A stretch of 64,000 nucleotides of DNA, taken from the human T2T-CHM13v2.0 reference genome, Homo sapiens. The stretch lies in the NCBI RefSeq assembly GCF_009914755.1, contig NC_060937.1. The stretch is one strand, 5' to 3'. Positions 28,680 through 42,799 of the stretch are shown here, one piece after another (within the stretch, counting starts at the first letter, position 1; each line of letters begins with the position of its first letter). Both the position numbers and the translations under genes were made by a program. The notes beneath the pieces were generated by a model. It was not told where the DNA came from and searched no databases. It worked only from the letters and a program-made list of their open reading frames with translations.

Positions 28680-29010
28680 TACACTCATGATGTACACACA
28701 TATTAATAGCAGCATTATTTGTGATTATCCAAATTTAAATAGATACAATGTGATAATAATAAGATAATAATAAGATATTTATATGGCAATAAAAATAAAT
28801 GAAAACACTATTACTCACCGTAACATAGATGAAACTCACAAACATAATACTGAGTAAAAGGAAGCAGGCAGACACTAAATAAGATATACTCTGTCATTCT
28901 ACTTACATAAAATTTAAAATAGGCCAAACTGCATTAGCTTTAAGATTGTCAGGGAGAAGTCAGGATATAGCAATTGAGAAGGGCATGAGGAGGCTTTCTA
29001 TATGAAGATT
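28680..29010 (+). mobile_element. Old L1 (L1ME/MD) 3' region
   Basis: 'atagcagcattatttgt...gatgaaactcacaaacataatactgagtaaaaggaagc...aaaataggccaaact'. Confidence 0.7.
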
Positions 29011-29594
29011 ACACATCAATTTAAATGGTTTATTAAAATAACTATTGTTCACATTATTAGTAAAGAGAATGGAGGTGCCAAGATTAAGAATACACATGGT
29101 TTTGTAATTAGTTGGCAGCTATAAAATCCACATAAAGAATAATAGAAGTATATATTTTTAGTGAAGGCTGGGATGAGATTGTGAAGAATACTGAATTCTA
29201 AATTAGGGGTATAAATTTTAGCCTACATATAAGGATGAACTATTGGAAATTTTTATTCAGTTTTCCTACGTTAAGAACGTTGTCTCAAACCACAAATTAT
29301 TCCCTCCTAGTAGATATGGTAATATATAATTCAGAAATGAGATTGATAAACTAATAATAAATATATAAAAACTTCATTATCAGGAGGCCTTGTTTCCATA
29401 TGCACAGGTATTTCTGCTTCCTCCCTCCAGCACAGGTAAACAGCTAACTTCTGTCTGCACTGGCAGTGAGGCACAAAGTGTCAGTACCTGTTGCTCTAAG
29501 CTGGTGGACTCTAAGCCCAGCATTCACTCAGCAATCGGCTTTTCCCCACTGTCACTCAGAGAATGTTCTGTAAGCCTTCCACCTTAGGTAATAA

Positions 29595-29932
<338 letters not shown>

Positions 29933-30029
29933 TTTAGTGCAGACTTCTATACACATCAGACTTAACCTCTCATTTAATATGGAGGATGATTCTTTCATTG
30001 TCTTATTTTGAATGAAATCACCCCAGATT

Positions 30030-31225
30030 TGGGGAATTTTCTTCTTACCTCATTTGCCGTTTATGCTTTATTTAGTATCTTACCACAACGTTCCTCAGGA
30101 TCCCATCCTAAGTTTTTCTTTCTTTCCTTTCCACACTTTCTGAATTATCCTGTCCATTCCTGTCATTTTCAATATAAATCTTATGGTGATCTTTCCCTTG
30201 ATTTCTGGCTTACACTTCACACTTGAAAAATTACAATCAGAAGCCATAAATCTCTTTCAATTAGCCTCAATGAAATTTGAATAACACCGTATGCCACATG
30301 CAAATAACAGGGAACTTGACAGGACACATGTGCTTTTGAGAATTTAAATCACTTAACGATTAATGTTTGTTTGGATAGAAAAGTAAGCATTTTAGTAAAT
30401 ATATAGCATTACTATATATTAATTTAAATCAATTTTGGGGGCTATTTTGACATCTTAAGATATATTTTTAATCTATTTACCAAACAGCAAAAACTTTCCC
30501 AAAGTATCAAAGTAATTTCATGTTTGTTTTAGTTTGAGTTTTTAGCTCTTTCTAAGAACTGTTGATTTACAAGCTTGTAATAATAAATGTTAACTTAGGA
30601 GTTCACTAAGAGTTGTATCTATTTCCCCCATAGATGGTTCATTTTGGTCATCAACACTATGATGTTAACTATAACCTCAGCAATATATTGCTAATATACT
30701 CAAATAATCATATTAAAAATTAATATTAGTAACATAGATAAAAAACATATTTACCTTTTAAAAAGTACAGATAAAATAAAGTGATGCTAATTCATTATTT
30801 TACCACACACAGATATCCATCTATGTATGTATGTTTGCATGTATGCACACATATGTATATAGATATATTAAATGACAATATTTTTATCTAGAATCCCCCT
30901 AGTTCTCTCAAAGTTCACTTATTAAAATGGAACTCCACATTTTGCTCCTGAAACGATTCCTTAGCAAATGTCTGTCATTCTAATAAATTGCATTGTCTTC
31001 TACCCAGTTAATTAAAGTTGGAACCTGAGTAACTTACAATTTTTTGATTTTTCATCTCCTCTATTCATTCCATTAGCATTTCCTCTTGCCATTTCTTTTT
31101 TTATTTTACCCTCTCCATTTCCCTGAAATTAATCTGCTCAAAACCAGAATATGCTTCTCCAAAGCTATTATTATTCATGCCTTATCCTGCATTACCCATC
31201 CCACAGAGAATCATCTAAAAAATAT
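30030..31225 (+). mobile_element. Degenerate L2 fragments, continuing at about 33320-33865 after the L1 insertion
   Basis: Pyrimidine-rich L2-like motifs ('ctcaaagttcac...aaaatggaactccacat', 'ggaacctgagt'). L2 3'-like sequence near 33780-33865. Confidence 0.5.
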
Positions 31226-31229
31226 TTAG

Positions 31230-32277
31230 TTTCTCCACATCCTCACCAACACTTATCTTTCCTCTTTTTGATAATCTAACCAGTGTGAGGTAATGTCTCC
31301 TTATGATTTTAATTTAAATTTTCCTGGTGATTAGAAATGTTGAGCATTTGTTCACTTATCTGTTGCTCCTTCGTATGTCTTCCTTTGAGAAATGGCTGTT
31401 CAGATTCTTTGCCCCTTTTTAATAGGATTTTTTTTTTTGTTATTTAGTTTGAGTTCCTTTTGTATTGTAGATATGAGCCCCTACTCCAATATATAATTTG
31501 TAAATATTTTCTTCCCATCTGTGGATTGTTTTTCACTCTATCAATTGTTTTCTTTCCTATGGAGACACTTTTTAGTTTGATATAATCTCATGTGTGCATT
31601 TTTGCTTTCATTTTCCACGATTGTTGGGGTCATATCCAATAAATCACTGCCTTGACCAACGTCATAGAGCTTTTTCCCTATGTTTTCTTGGTAGTTTTAC
31701 ACTTTGAGGTCTTACATTTAGGTCATTAGTCTATTTTGCATCAATCCTTGTATAAGGGGTGAGAAATGGCCCATTTTCATTTTTCTTCATATATATATTG
31801 TTTTCCAAACACCATTTATTAAAGAAACTGCCCATTCCCATTGTGTGTTCTTGACATCTTTGTTAAAAATCAATTGACCATAGAAGTTCAGGTTCATTTC
31901 TGGGCTCCTTATTCAATTCCATTGAGCAATGAGTCTCTTTTTATGCCAGCATTATGCTGTTTTGATATCTATGTTTTTGTAATATATTTTGAAATCTGGT
32001 AGTGTGATGCTTCCAGCTTTGTTCTTTTTGGTCATGATTGCTCATCTTTGGCTAATAGATGTCTTTCATAGTTCTATTTGAACTTTAACATTCTCTTTTC
32101 TATTTTTTTGAAGAATGACATTGGAATTTTGATAGGGATAGATTAAATCTGTAGGTCACTTTAAGTAGTATGGACATTTTAACAATATGAATTCTTGAAT
32201 TCTTCCAAGCTATGAACAGAGAATATCTTTTCAGTTATGGGTTTTTTTTTCTTCAATTTCCTTCACTGATGTTGTAT
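31230..32277 (-). mobile_element. L1MA ORF2 3' part: inverted 5' segment of a twin-primed insertion
   Basis: Antisense L1 from 'ttctccacatcctcaccaacac' through 'tagtgtgatgcttccagctttgttcttt' to 'ttcaatttccttcactgatgtt'. Confidence 0.92.
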
Positions 32278-32895
32278 GGAAACACTTGTACACTATTGGA
32301 GTTACTATAAATTAGTATAGCAATTTTGGAAAACAGTATAGATGTTTCTTCAAAAAAACCTAATATTATAATTATGTGATTCAGCAATCTTATTTCTAGG
32401 CATATCTGCAACGGTATTGAAATCAATATGTTGAAGAGATGCCTGCATTCCCATGTTCATTGTAGCATTATTTACAATAGCCAAGATATAAAAACAACCT
32501 AGGTAGCCATCAATAGATGAATGAATATTTATAATGCAGTATATATACATGATGGAAAACTATTCAGCCAAAAACAAAACAAAACAAACAACAACAACAA
32601 CAACAAAGAGATGGGTGCGGTGGATCATGGCTCATGCCTGTAATCCCAGCACTTTGAGAGCCCGAGGCAGGTGAATCACGAGGTCAGGAGATCAAGACCA
32701 TCTTGGCTAACACAGTGAAACCCCATCTCTACTAAAAATACAAAAAATTAGCTGGGCGTGGTGGCAGGTGCCTGTAGTCCTAGCTACTCAGGACGCTGAG
32801 GCAGGAGAATGGCATGAACCCAGGAGGCGGAGCTTGCAGTGAGCCGAGATGGTGCCACTGCACTCCAGCCCGGGTGACAGAGCAAGACTCTGTCT

Positions 32896-32932
<37 letters not shown>

Positions 32933-33270
32933 TGACAACATGAATGAGCCTGGAAGACCTTGTGACCTTGTGCTAAGTGGAATAACAAGGCACCGAAAGA
33001 CCAATAGTGTATAATCTCACTTTTATTCGAAATCCAAAAAAGTCAAAATTGTGGAAGCAAAGAGAAAACTCGTAGTTATCAGAAACTGGTGGGGAAGGGG
33101 GTGGATGGGAAAAGAGGAAATGTTGGTCAAAGAGTACAAAGGTTCAGCTAGACAGGAGGAGTAAATTCTGATGATCTATTGCACAGCCATGACTGTAGCT
33201 AATAATAACATATATTTCAAAATATAAATACATACAATTATTAATTTAAAAAATAAAAATTGAAATAAAT
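32278..33270 (+). mobile_element. L1MA 3' end (sense segment), interrupted by an AluY
   Basis: 'ggaaacacttgtacactattgg...ccatgttcattgtagcattatttacaatagccaagata...gttggtcaaagagtacaaag', then A-rich tail. Confidence 0.92.
32609..32929 (+). mobile_element. AluY nested in L1MA
   Basis: 'gagatcaagaccatcttggctaacacag' and 'gaatggcatgaacccagg'. Long pure A tail. Confidence 0.96.
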
Positions 33271-33867
33271 CATTTATAATTGTATATAACTATATACTAT
33301 ATATGTACATATTTACATTTGGTAATGTCACTTTCTTTTCTAAGTTATTTGATGGTTTTTACTGTACTTTCTATAAAGTCTCAACTACCTATCATAGCCA
33401 AACAGGTCTGTGTAATCTACTTTCAACTGTTTTTTCCCAAATCAATACTTACACTCTTCTACTTGGTAAGCCGTTTCTTGTCAAAGTGTTGTGATTCTAT
33501 TCCTTAAACGTCAAAGTCTTCCACACTCCACAATCTGTGAATTCACTGTTCTGTGCCTTAGGAATACTCTTAAAATATTCTAAGCTTAGCTGATTCCTAA
33601 TTTTATAGTTATCAGGGCCAGTGTTTTCATCCAATAGATTCTAGCTCTCTACAGAGTGCAGACCTACTTAAATAGGTCTTCCTTTTCGTTCTCTTCCAAC
33701 ATCTTGTTTTTTTTCTTTATAGATGTTATCAACCTAATTCTATTTCTTTGCTTTTTTTATTTTTTTCTTTATCTCTAAAATTTAAGTTCTTATAAGAGAA
33801 ATAATCTTTTCTGTCTTGTTTAATAGTTTATTGCTAACATATAGCAAATATCCTAATGTGTAATAAG

Positions 33868-34384
33868 TGTATTCATTTCTTATTTCTTCTATAAAATGAT
33901 ATCACACACTTAATGGCTGTTAAATGGCTGTTAAAACAACAGAAATATATTACCTTAAAGTTGTAGAGATTACAGTTCAAAGTGGGTCTTACTGGGTTAA
34001 CATCATGGTGTTGGGAAGCTGGGCTTCATTTCTTCTGGAAATTCTAGGGAGAATCTATTCCTTTGACTTTTCCAGCTTCAAGAGACTGCCCACATTTATA
34101 ATTCATGGTCCCATCCCTCCATCTACAAAGCCACAAGGTTCAGGAGAGTGTTCGTCACTATGCTGTCTCTCTAGTTCTTTCTCTTTTGCCTTCTTCTTCC
34201 ATTCATAAGGATCCTTCTAATTACATTAGACCTAGCTGGATAACTCATGATAATCTTCTCACCAATTAGCACTTTCATTTTATCTGCAACTTTATTTCCC
34301 AATTGCCATGTAATTTAACTAATTCACATGGTATTGAGAAGCAGGACGTGAATACATTGGAGGCTTACTATTTTGTCTGCTGCA
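33868..34384 (-). mobile_element. MLT1 (C/D-like) LTR
   Basis: 'ttaaaacaacagaaat...cttctggaaattctagggagaatc...ttccagcttc...ctattttgtctgctgca'. Confidence 0.82.
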
Positions 34385-36599
34385 ATAGGTAATCATATTT
34401 TTTTTTCAACAAGGGAACAAATGAGAAATTTTCCTTTAAGTATCTATGTATTTAATCTCTAAAATATATGGTTGCATTGGTGAGTTAGGTGACATTGTGC
34501 TACTCATAAGCATACATTCAAAATTAATGGAAATATAATTTGTAAGTTAAACACTGTTGATTGACAATATAATTCCTTATGAAAACAATAACCAGCACAA
34601 AGAAATAAACAAACAGAGTTATCTCAACTATTTACAATAGCCCAGGGCTGTGGACAAGTTTAGATCTTTGGAAAAAAAAACCTGAAAATTGATTTCTATC
34701 TCCAGAAATGTAAGTAATTTGTAAAACCATGGCTAACTTATACAATCTCTCTATATGATTTGGCCACATTCTGAAAGCATAAAATAGGAATTTTTAAAAA
34801 TTATTTCAATCCTATTTATGGTAAGTATTTTACAGAGGGTAGGTATCTATAAGTATTACTAGTAATTGTTGATGATATATCCTGTCATTATTATTACAGA
34901 ATACTTGCCTGTAGAAATGTTTTTAATAGTTAGAATTACAGTACTTAGGAATGTTAAAATATCTCTCTTCAAAGCAAGTGTTTTCGTACAATCATTGATT
35001 TGGGAAGTTGTGTCTGTCAAAAGTGGGCTATAAGAAAGGGCTCTAAAAAGATTATTCTAGTTCTCTAATACACACTCTTTTCTCTCAACTGTCAGTTTCA
35101 TCCTTTAACATCTGCTCTGAAATAATTTACCATTTCAGCTCTGTTCAACTTCCAGAATTTGTGACTCATTATGCTTTTCTTAATCACTTCCAAAAAAGTA
35201 GTCATAATCTCCCTCAATTGCTTAGGGGAGAGGAAGTAAAACACATCTATTCCTTTTCATCACAATTTAAATTGGATGCAATATTATTTCTAAAATGTAT
35301 CAAATCATGCTTATAAAAATAATTTTCAAAAGATGACAAATTAAAACACATATTTTTACATCTCTGATAAGAAGGCATTGTATCCATCAGTCTTTAAAAA
35401 CCAAGAAGACAAATTTTGTGATCATTTATTTTACCCAACTCACTCTTCTTTTTTGTGTGAACTGTGAAACATTTGATGTCCCATAAAAATTCTTTCTTGT
35501 ATAGGCATGGGTGTTATTTTATAACATTTGTGTTATAAAACCTTATAAACACTTTATCTGTTCTACACTTTGACTTCACTTTATCTGTTCTACCCTTAGA
35601 CTGTATTTGATATTTTGAAGGGTTTTTTTCTCCTTTTATTATTTAAGTTGTTTTTCCTTTTTATATGAGTAATAAATATATGCAGTTTTAAAGTTATATA
35701 GTGCTGTAAATTAATTGAAAAAAATAGCAGAAGCTCCTTGATGTTTTTTCTCCAAACACCATCCCGCTTTCTAGAGGCAGTACTTTTCACTGTTTTACTG
35801 TTTTCCAACACTGTTATATCTTTATTTACAATGTGCATATTAGACATTATTATTCAGCTTCCTGCTATAAAAGATTAGGAATTTAGCTTGTTTGTATTCT
35901 TAGCACTTTCCTACCCAATAGCTATGTCCACATTTTTGTTTGAACAGAAAATCACTTTTAATATTATCATCCAGTTAAGAGTAGTACTTCATTTCTATTT
36001 TTTTTTTTGAATTGGACAACATAAGGCTTTTCAAATTGCCTACTTTTTGAAAAAAAAATTCTGTCTTATTATATCATTGCTTACTCACCAACAATTGCTC
36101 AAAAGTATTCAATATAATTTGATATTTAGTCATCCATCTCATGCATTATCACAGATTTTATTTTATTTTCAGGAAAAGGGTTGTTTTGTGTGTTCTTTGG
36201 TCTATTATTATAAAATTATTTAGGAAATCTTATAATTTTTTAGTTTAATTTTTATAGTATAATGTTTTGTAGTTTTTATTTGAAATCGTGATCATTAATA
36301 GCAATAGATCTAATTAGTAAAACTACTATCTTAATTTTACACAGTAAAGTCTAGAAACTACTTCCATAAGAATAATCTAATCTAGTCACGTTATTATCAT
36401 TACATTTAATGTCACATACCATCATGAGCCATTTGCTTTTAACTTGAAGCTTTCTAATGCTATTTCCATTCCCTTTATTAGTAAAAACCCTAAATTTGTC
36501 TTCACTGATTCACTTACTCCATCCACCCCAGATAGACATTTTACACCCTGCACATAAAAGAATAATCATCTTTTATTTCCTAAATTATTTAGATTTCCA

Positions 36600-37596
36600 T
36601 TCTCTGAGACTGCAAGTTCAACTCTTCTCAGATCTTCAAAGTCTCCTACCACCACCTTGTTTACACTACTGATTTTGCTTCCTACTTCACTGAAGCTTCT
36701 GTTTCTCTTTAGTTGCAGAACTCCTTCAAAAAGTCTTTATATATTTACTCTCTCAAAATCTTCTTACCCTTTTCTTTCTAAAATATATTACATCAGGCTT
36801 TTGCTCCATTACTCCATGATGTCCTTACATCGAGATCATTTGTGCCACATGAAGCTAAATAAGATATGGCCAATTCTTGTTTTTCATATTCTCTGCTGTC
36901 TCTGGAGGACTTGATACTTTTGTTCACTCACTTTCTGTACTTATCTTCCTAGGCTTGGCAATATAATGGATTTCTTCTTATCACCTTGACACTTCCTTTC
37001 ACATCTACTCCTCACTCCCCGAAGGCTTCACGTTGGAAAGGTTTAGAATGTATTTCTCAGAACTCACATCTTTTATCTCTTGAAACTATAAATATAATCG
37101 AGATGCTGATGACTCCCAAATGTGAATTTCTATGTTTATCCACTAGACTGAATTTCAGCCTTGTGTTTCCAACTGCTCCCACATCTTCACTTGAACTTTT
37201 TAATTGGCATCCAAACTTATCATGTCAAAACTGAACTTGAATCCTCATTCCTGACCCATCCGACATGGTCCTCTTGCAAGCTTTCTGCTATCAGTCAAGG
37301 GCCGGTTTCTTAGGCCACACAGGCAAATCTTGTAGGTTTACCTTTTAAATAAATATACCAAGACCCTGAATGCTTATTACTGCCTTAACTGCTTACGTCC
37401 TCCTCACTTTGGTTCAAGCCAGTATCAGCACCTTCATCTGCACTTTGTTCAAATGTGATGGATATTGTGTATTATATGTAAACTTATTAGACTTTAAATA
37501 TGATGAGGCCAGGGATCTTTGTTTTGCCCAATGACATATATCAAGGGGTTAGATAGTGACTGAATTAAGTGTCCCATAGATATTTGTTTGATGAAT
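36600..37596 (+). mobile_element. L2 (L2a-like) 3' portion
   Basis: 'atcaggcttttgctccattactcc', 'gatgctgatgactcccaaat', 'atcatgtcaaaactgaacttg', terminal 'atatttgtttgatgaat'. Confidence 0.8.
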
Positions 37597-37679
37597 ATTT
37601 TGTTGTTGTTGTTGTTTTGCTTGGTTTTTATTGTTTGTGTGTGTGTGTGCATGCATGTGTACACATATGCTGAAACCAC

Positions 37680-38050
37680 TAAATAAATTACCTCATTTAA
37701 TCTTCTTCAATAGTTCTGCTAGGGGAAAAATTGAGATAATTATTCTCTTGATATACATGAAAAATAAAACCTTGCCTTAAAAAGTCATTTGATAATTTCC
37801 AGATATAAGATTCAAATTTGGTCTATGTGTATCCAGTTCAGTCTATGGTATTACTCTATGATTGTCAGTTTATTACATGAACATACTTTGATATATCTTA
37901 GATGCTTCACAATAAACACAGGAGAGAAATATAATAACCGCCTTCTCTTACAGATAAAAATTATCACATTGAGATACTAATTTACCTGCAAATCTTCACA
38001 AAAGTGATGAAACCAAGATTTCTACCTTGGGTTTTTGACTTTAACAACAT
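37680..38050. mobile_element. MIR fragments (orientation opposite to the MIR at 39095)
   Basis: 'cctcatttaatcttcttcaa', 'cttacagataaaaa...aatttacctgca...gaaaccaagattt'. Confidence 0.55.
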
Positions 38051-39094
38051 GATCCACTATAATGGCAATATTTATTACAGTGGAAAATATAATACATTGT
38101 TATCTAAAGAGAAGTATTCATTAGCCTAAAGATATTGCAAATGTTACTTAGCTGCTATTTGTATTACCAAATGTTTGTTAATAAGCACTATTTGTGGATT
38201 AAAATAAATACACGCTCTATTATTACAGAACTTAGAAAAAGTTTCCCTGAAACTCTGTTAAATAATCTGGTATGGCACTTAGGCAGCTATAATAACTTTG
38301 ATCTTATGTAATAACTTAGAACTATGGCCTTCCAATATTTTGCTCAACTATTCCTAAAAATATTTTTTAAAACCATGGTATCAAAAAATTTGCATAGCAT
38401 AAATATTTACAAAGAATGTAACTGTTAGCGTATTTTAGATACTACATAACAATCTGTTTTAATGCTAGAGATGTATATATTCAAAGAGGAATGCAAAAGA
38501 CTGAAATTTGTGATCGGCCAAAGATAAACACTTCAATTATAAAGTGATAGTAAAATGACTGTGAAAGAGGACTTGTAAAAACAGTCCCAGCATGTTGCCT
38601 CCATTAGAAACGCATTTTAGGCACTTCAGTTTTAGGAAAACTATGAGGTTCTGAAAATATATTCCCTCTTATTATCCAACACACTTGGTAAACTCTTGAT
38701 GTACTTACAAGGGTATCTATGCCCAAGTTCGAAAAAGCTATTCCAGAAAATTGAGACTTACCAAGCTTTTAACAATAAGTGTTTTTTGGTACCCAAACTA
38801 TTCAGGAAGAAGCAATATCAAAAATAGAATGCAAACATAAAATGTTTTTGATAATTCAATTTTGGAAAAATTAACCTGAAACGGATGAAGAGTTTAACAA
38901 AGAAAAAAAGAAGAAAAAAAATTAATGCATGAGTGACTAACCTCTGTGTTGAGATATCTTTAAGCAATTCTAAGATCAATTCAGAGGTGGGCAATTATAG
39001 CAACACAAAATTATACACAGATGGAGTTATAAAAAATAACTACTTTGGCTTTTTCTCATTTTTTTCTAAACAGACACAATCCTAAGTATATGAG

Positions 39095-39370
39095 GCACAA
39101 TACTGTATAATAACCAAAAGTACCACTCTGGAACTGCACTGCGAAGGGATGAGTTCTGGCTTTGTCATTTGGGGGCAGTTCTCAAAATTCTCTTCTACTG
39201 AGTTCCTTCATATATAGATGTATGATAATGAAATGCTACCTCAGGGGATTGATATGAGAATTAGAGGATGTACTAACTATATTATTCTATATTAATAGAA
39301 ATGCTTAGAACATCACTTTTCCCATCATAAGGAAAATGTGAATGTTATTGGTATATTATCTTATTATTAT
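39095..39370 (+). mobile_element. MIR SINE
   Basis: 'gagttctggctttgtcat...agttccttcat...tacctcaggggattgatatgagaattag...aatgcttagaaca'. Confidence 0.7.
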
Positions 39371-39615
39371 TTATATGCATATGAATATCATGTCTATCAA
39401 AGGAAATGTAAAACACATACTAAATATACGTATTTATTGTGCATATATTATCTATTAAAGTATACATATTAAATACATAAATGATATTCATTGTTTATTA
39501 TATCAAATGAGAACTACTTAGTTAACTGTAGAATTTCTATATGTGGTCTCTGCAGTTTTCTCTGATTATCCCAGAGTGGTTAATAAAAGATATTTAGGTG
39601 CTGATGTTTCCTAGG

Positions 39616-40044
39616 TGTCTTAGTCTGTTCTGCATTGCCATAACAGAATACCTGAGACTGGGTACTTTATAAAGATGATAGATTTATTTGGCTCATCATT
39701 CTGGGGGCTGGGAAGTTCAAGAAGGGTGGCATCAGCATCTTGATGGCTTCTGGTGAGGCCCATGTCATAACATGGTAGAGAAGAGGAGAAGAAAGCAAGT
39801 GTATCAAAAGGGACCAAAAACAAGAAGCAACCTCAATTTATAAAATCTGCTTTCACAATAACTAATTCAGTCCTGTAAGATCTAGTTCATTCCCTGGAGA
39901 ACTAACCCAGTAACTCCGTAAATATATTGTTCTAGTTTAATAAACTAATACCCTCTTACAAGCATCACCTCCCAACATCTTTATATTGGCGATTCAATTT
40001 CAACATGAATTTTGGCAGGGACAAACCACATCCAAACAACAGCA
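39616..40044 (-). mobile_element. MST (MSTB-like) MaLR solo LTR
   Basis: 'tgtcttagtctgtt...ataacagaatacctgagactgggta...gctgggaagttcaag...ggacaaaccacatccaaacaacagca'. Confidence 0.9.
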
Positions 40045-40429
40045 CTAAATATCTAAATTTATACTGTTAAAATATGGCCAGCTTTGAAATAGAGCTCAGT
40101 TAATTGAATTGGTCAATTATAGATTGGTTAATTGTTTAATTTTTTAAACTACATATATATGTCAAAATATAACAGGAAAGTTTATTTCAATTATTAGAGT
40201 ATAATTAATAAATCACTATTTTTTTAAAAAGGTTAGTGTCCAGAGTATAAAAATACTTATTTAATATACAATTTTACATATTTATATTCCCAGAAAAAAA
40301 AATCACCCTTTTAATTAAGAATTTAGAATTTAATAGCTAGAATTTAAATTTCCCCAGTGAAAGATTGAATGAATATCAACTTTAATACATGTTAACTTTT
40401 AAAGAATACTAATGTCAAAATTCATGAAA

Positions 40430-42190
40430 ACAGGAGATAAACCAAAATATGCAGTAAACCATCACTTGGAACAGATCTTTTGAGAGAAAACACTGAAAGT
40501 TGATATAGAGATGATGTAAACACCATGGTTGAAGAAGAAGAAAGCTGGGAAGCATGCTTAGAAATGCTGGGTGTCAGGACAGGCCCCAGCCTTAAACAGA
40601 CTTCAGGAAGGGGTGAGTAAAGGAACTCCAGGACACCATAGTCCTGCTGCAGACCTCTGGAATCCTAGCTGCAGGAGTTTCCACAACCCCCATAGACATT
40701 TGAATTGTCAGAGAGAGCCAACTGGAGATCAGGCAGAGGCATGGCTCAAACTCGCACAGAACCCAGAAGGTTTCACCGCACAGTACAGTTGCAGCAAACT
40801 GTGACATAAGCATCCATACACCAAGGCTCTCCATCTTATCTATACTCAGTGGCTGCACCTCCTGCTGTGTGGCGGACTGAGAGAGAGCAGGGCTGTTATT
40901 CCCACGGGCAACAGCACATTCAACCCATGTGTCTCCTCACCTACCAGCCCCTCCCAAGACTACTTGCCTGATTTCTTCCATGGGAGAGTGCCTGCAGCAT
41001 GGCCTACACTTCCTTCCTGAGTGTTTTGCTGGTGGCCTGAGAGCAGTATGGCGCCAACGGCACAGCCAGTGCTTGACCTAACAAGCCAGAGGACAAATCT
41101 TCAGTCCCATTCCCAACTCCCCAGGATTCAAGCACACCTCCCAAGAGTATTGAACTTAGTTCTGTGCCCTGAGCTCGGGCAGGGGAGGAGTCTCCACTCT
41201 TAGAAAACAGAGAAGAGTGTGCTGTAGGTTCGTGTACTGGTGCGGGAGCTGGTCATCCCTCACTATGCAAGACTGATCTGGGAAAAGGGTAGCCTGGTAG
41301 CCAGCCACAACTTCTTTCCCAGGGAAACCCATGGCTTGGAATATCGAGAATGGCTCAACAATCTGCTTCAGACATTTTGGGACAAACCCAGAAAGTCGAG
41401 CTTCCTCTTGTGATAGATGTTGGAGAAAGGCCCACTGGGTGGGAGGAGCACGAGCTGGGTATGCCTCGCAGCAATCTGAGAAGCCAAAAACTCCAGGCCA
41501 AAGGCACCATCCCAGTTGCCTGGGGATCCACGGCACTTGACCCACTGCACCACCCACTAGCAGACACACTCCACAACCCACTCTGACTCCCTCAAGCACA
41601 GAAAACTTGTGGATACACAGGGAGTTAGGGGTCTCCAAGTGACCTAACCCTTGGCTTGGACTGCCCTTAAGGAAACGGGAAGTGCAGTGTTTGAATCCTC
41701 CCCTTGGGACAAAGAAAACATGGGTGTGGTGTCAGTAGTTGAAGGAGATACCATCAAGAATAGACCTGGGAGAAAGACTACTTTCACCCTCTGCCTCCCC
41801 TCCCCAGAACACTGCTGTATATGCAGTGAAATTCATAAGAGGCATGTGCACTCAACATTGGACACCCAGATTCATAAAACAAGTACTTCTAGGCCTAAAA
41901 GACTTAGCCACACCACAGTAGTGGAGTATTTCAACACCCTACTGACAGTGTTAGATCATCAAGGCAGAAATCTAATAAAGAAATTCTGGACGTAAAATTG
42001 ACACTTGACCAATTGAACTTTTTCTACAGAATTGTCTACCAAACAATGATTTTATCAATTTTTTAAATTTATGAATAAATATCAATTTATCAATGATTTT
42101 ATTATTATGCATTGTATGCATGTGTTGGAATATCATTCTGCATTCTATAAATATGTACAACTATCATGAGTCAACTAAAAATAAAAGGAT
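40430..42190 (+). mobile_element. Old primate L1: GC-rich 5' UTR joined to a short ORF2 endonuclease piece and a 3'-terminal fragment
   Basis: 5'UTR-like 40430-41840. EN-like 'cacccagattcataaaacaagt...ttcaacaccctactgacagtgttagatca' at 41845-42045. L1MA-type end 'ataaatatgtacaactatcatgagtcaactaaaaataaaagg' at 42095-42190. Confidence 0.72.
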
Positions 42191-42799
42191 ACACATATGC
42201 GCAAATTAATGAAAGCAATAATAGTAACAATCGGATATCTAACTGGATGTTTTCCTGTATTTCTAGTATACATATCTCCTTTATGTAATAACTAAAATAT
42301 TTTGGGTTAACTTTTTGTAGTATACAATAACGTGAGTGGCCTCTTACATGGAACAGTACAGGAGGTTAGAAAACTGCTTTTTATCACTAATAATTGTTTA
42401 TTTGGGCTCTTAAACTATTGAAAAGCTCTGCTAATGCAAATGAAGAACCAACAGCAGAAGAGGATAAGATTGTAAATTTTTATACTACTGAAAATGGAGA
42501 ATATGATGGAAATTTATTGAAATAAATTTATTAAAATTTAAATACATTTCACAGTTTTAAACCAAATTAAATTCTAGGCAAGTAAATAAGACTGAAAATT
42601 TGTTGCTGTAACCTCTTCCAACACACACTGAAATAAATTTTTAACTCACCATGAGAAATTTTCCACTAGATAATAAATACAAAACTAAATAGGAAACAGA
42701 AATAAGAAATAAATATTTAACTTCAAAATTGGTTAAATGTAACATTGTTTCTAAATAATCTACCTGTCAAGATCATCGTATATTTGCTCTTGGAAGTAA

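Noticed and set aside
40571-41995. Dense overlapping ORFs up to 160 aa
   Set aside because: GC-rich L1 5' UTR; only the last about 50 codons resemble degenerate L1 endonuclease.
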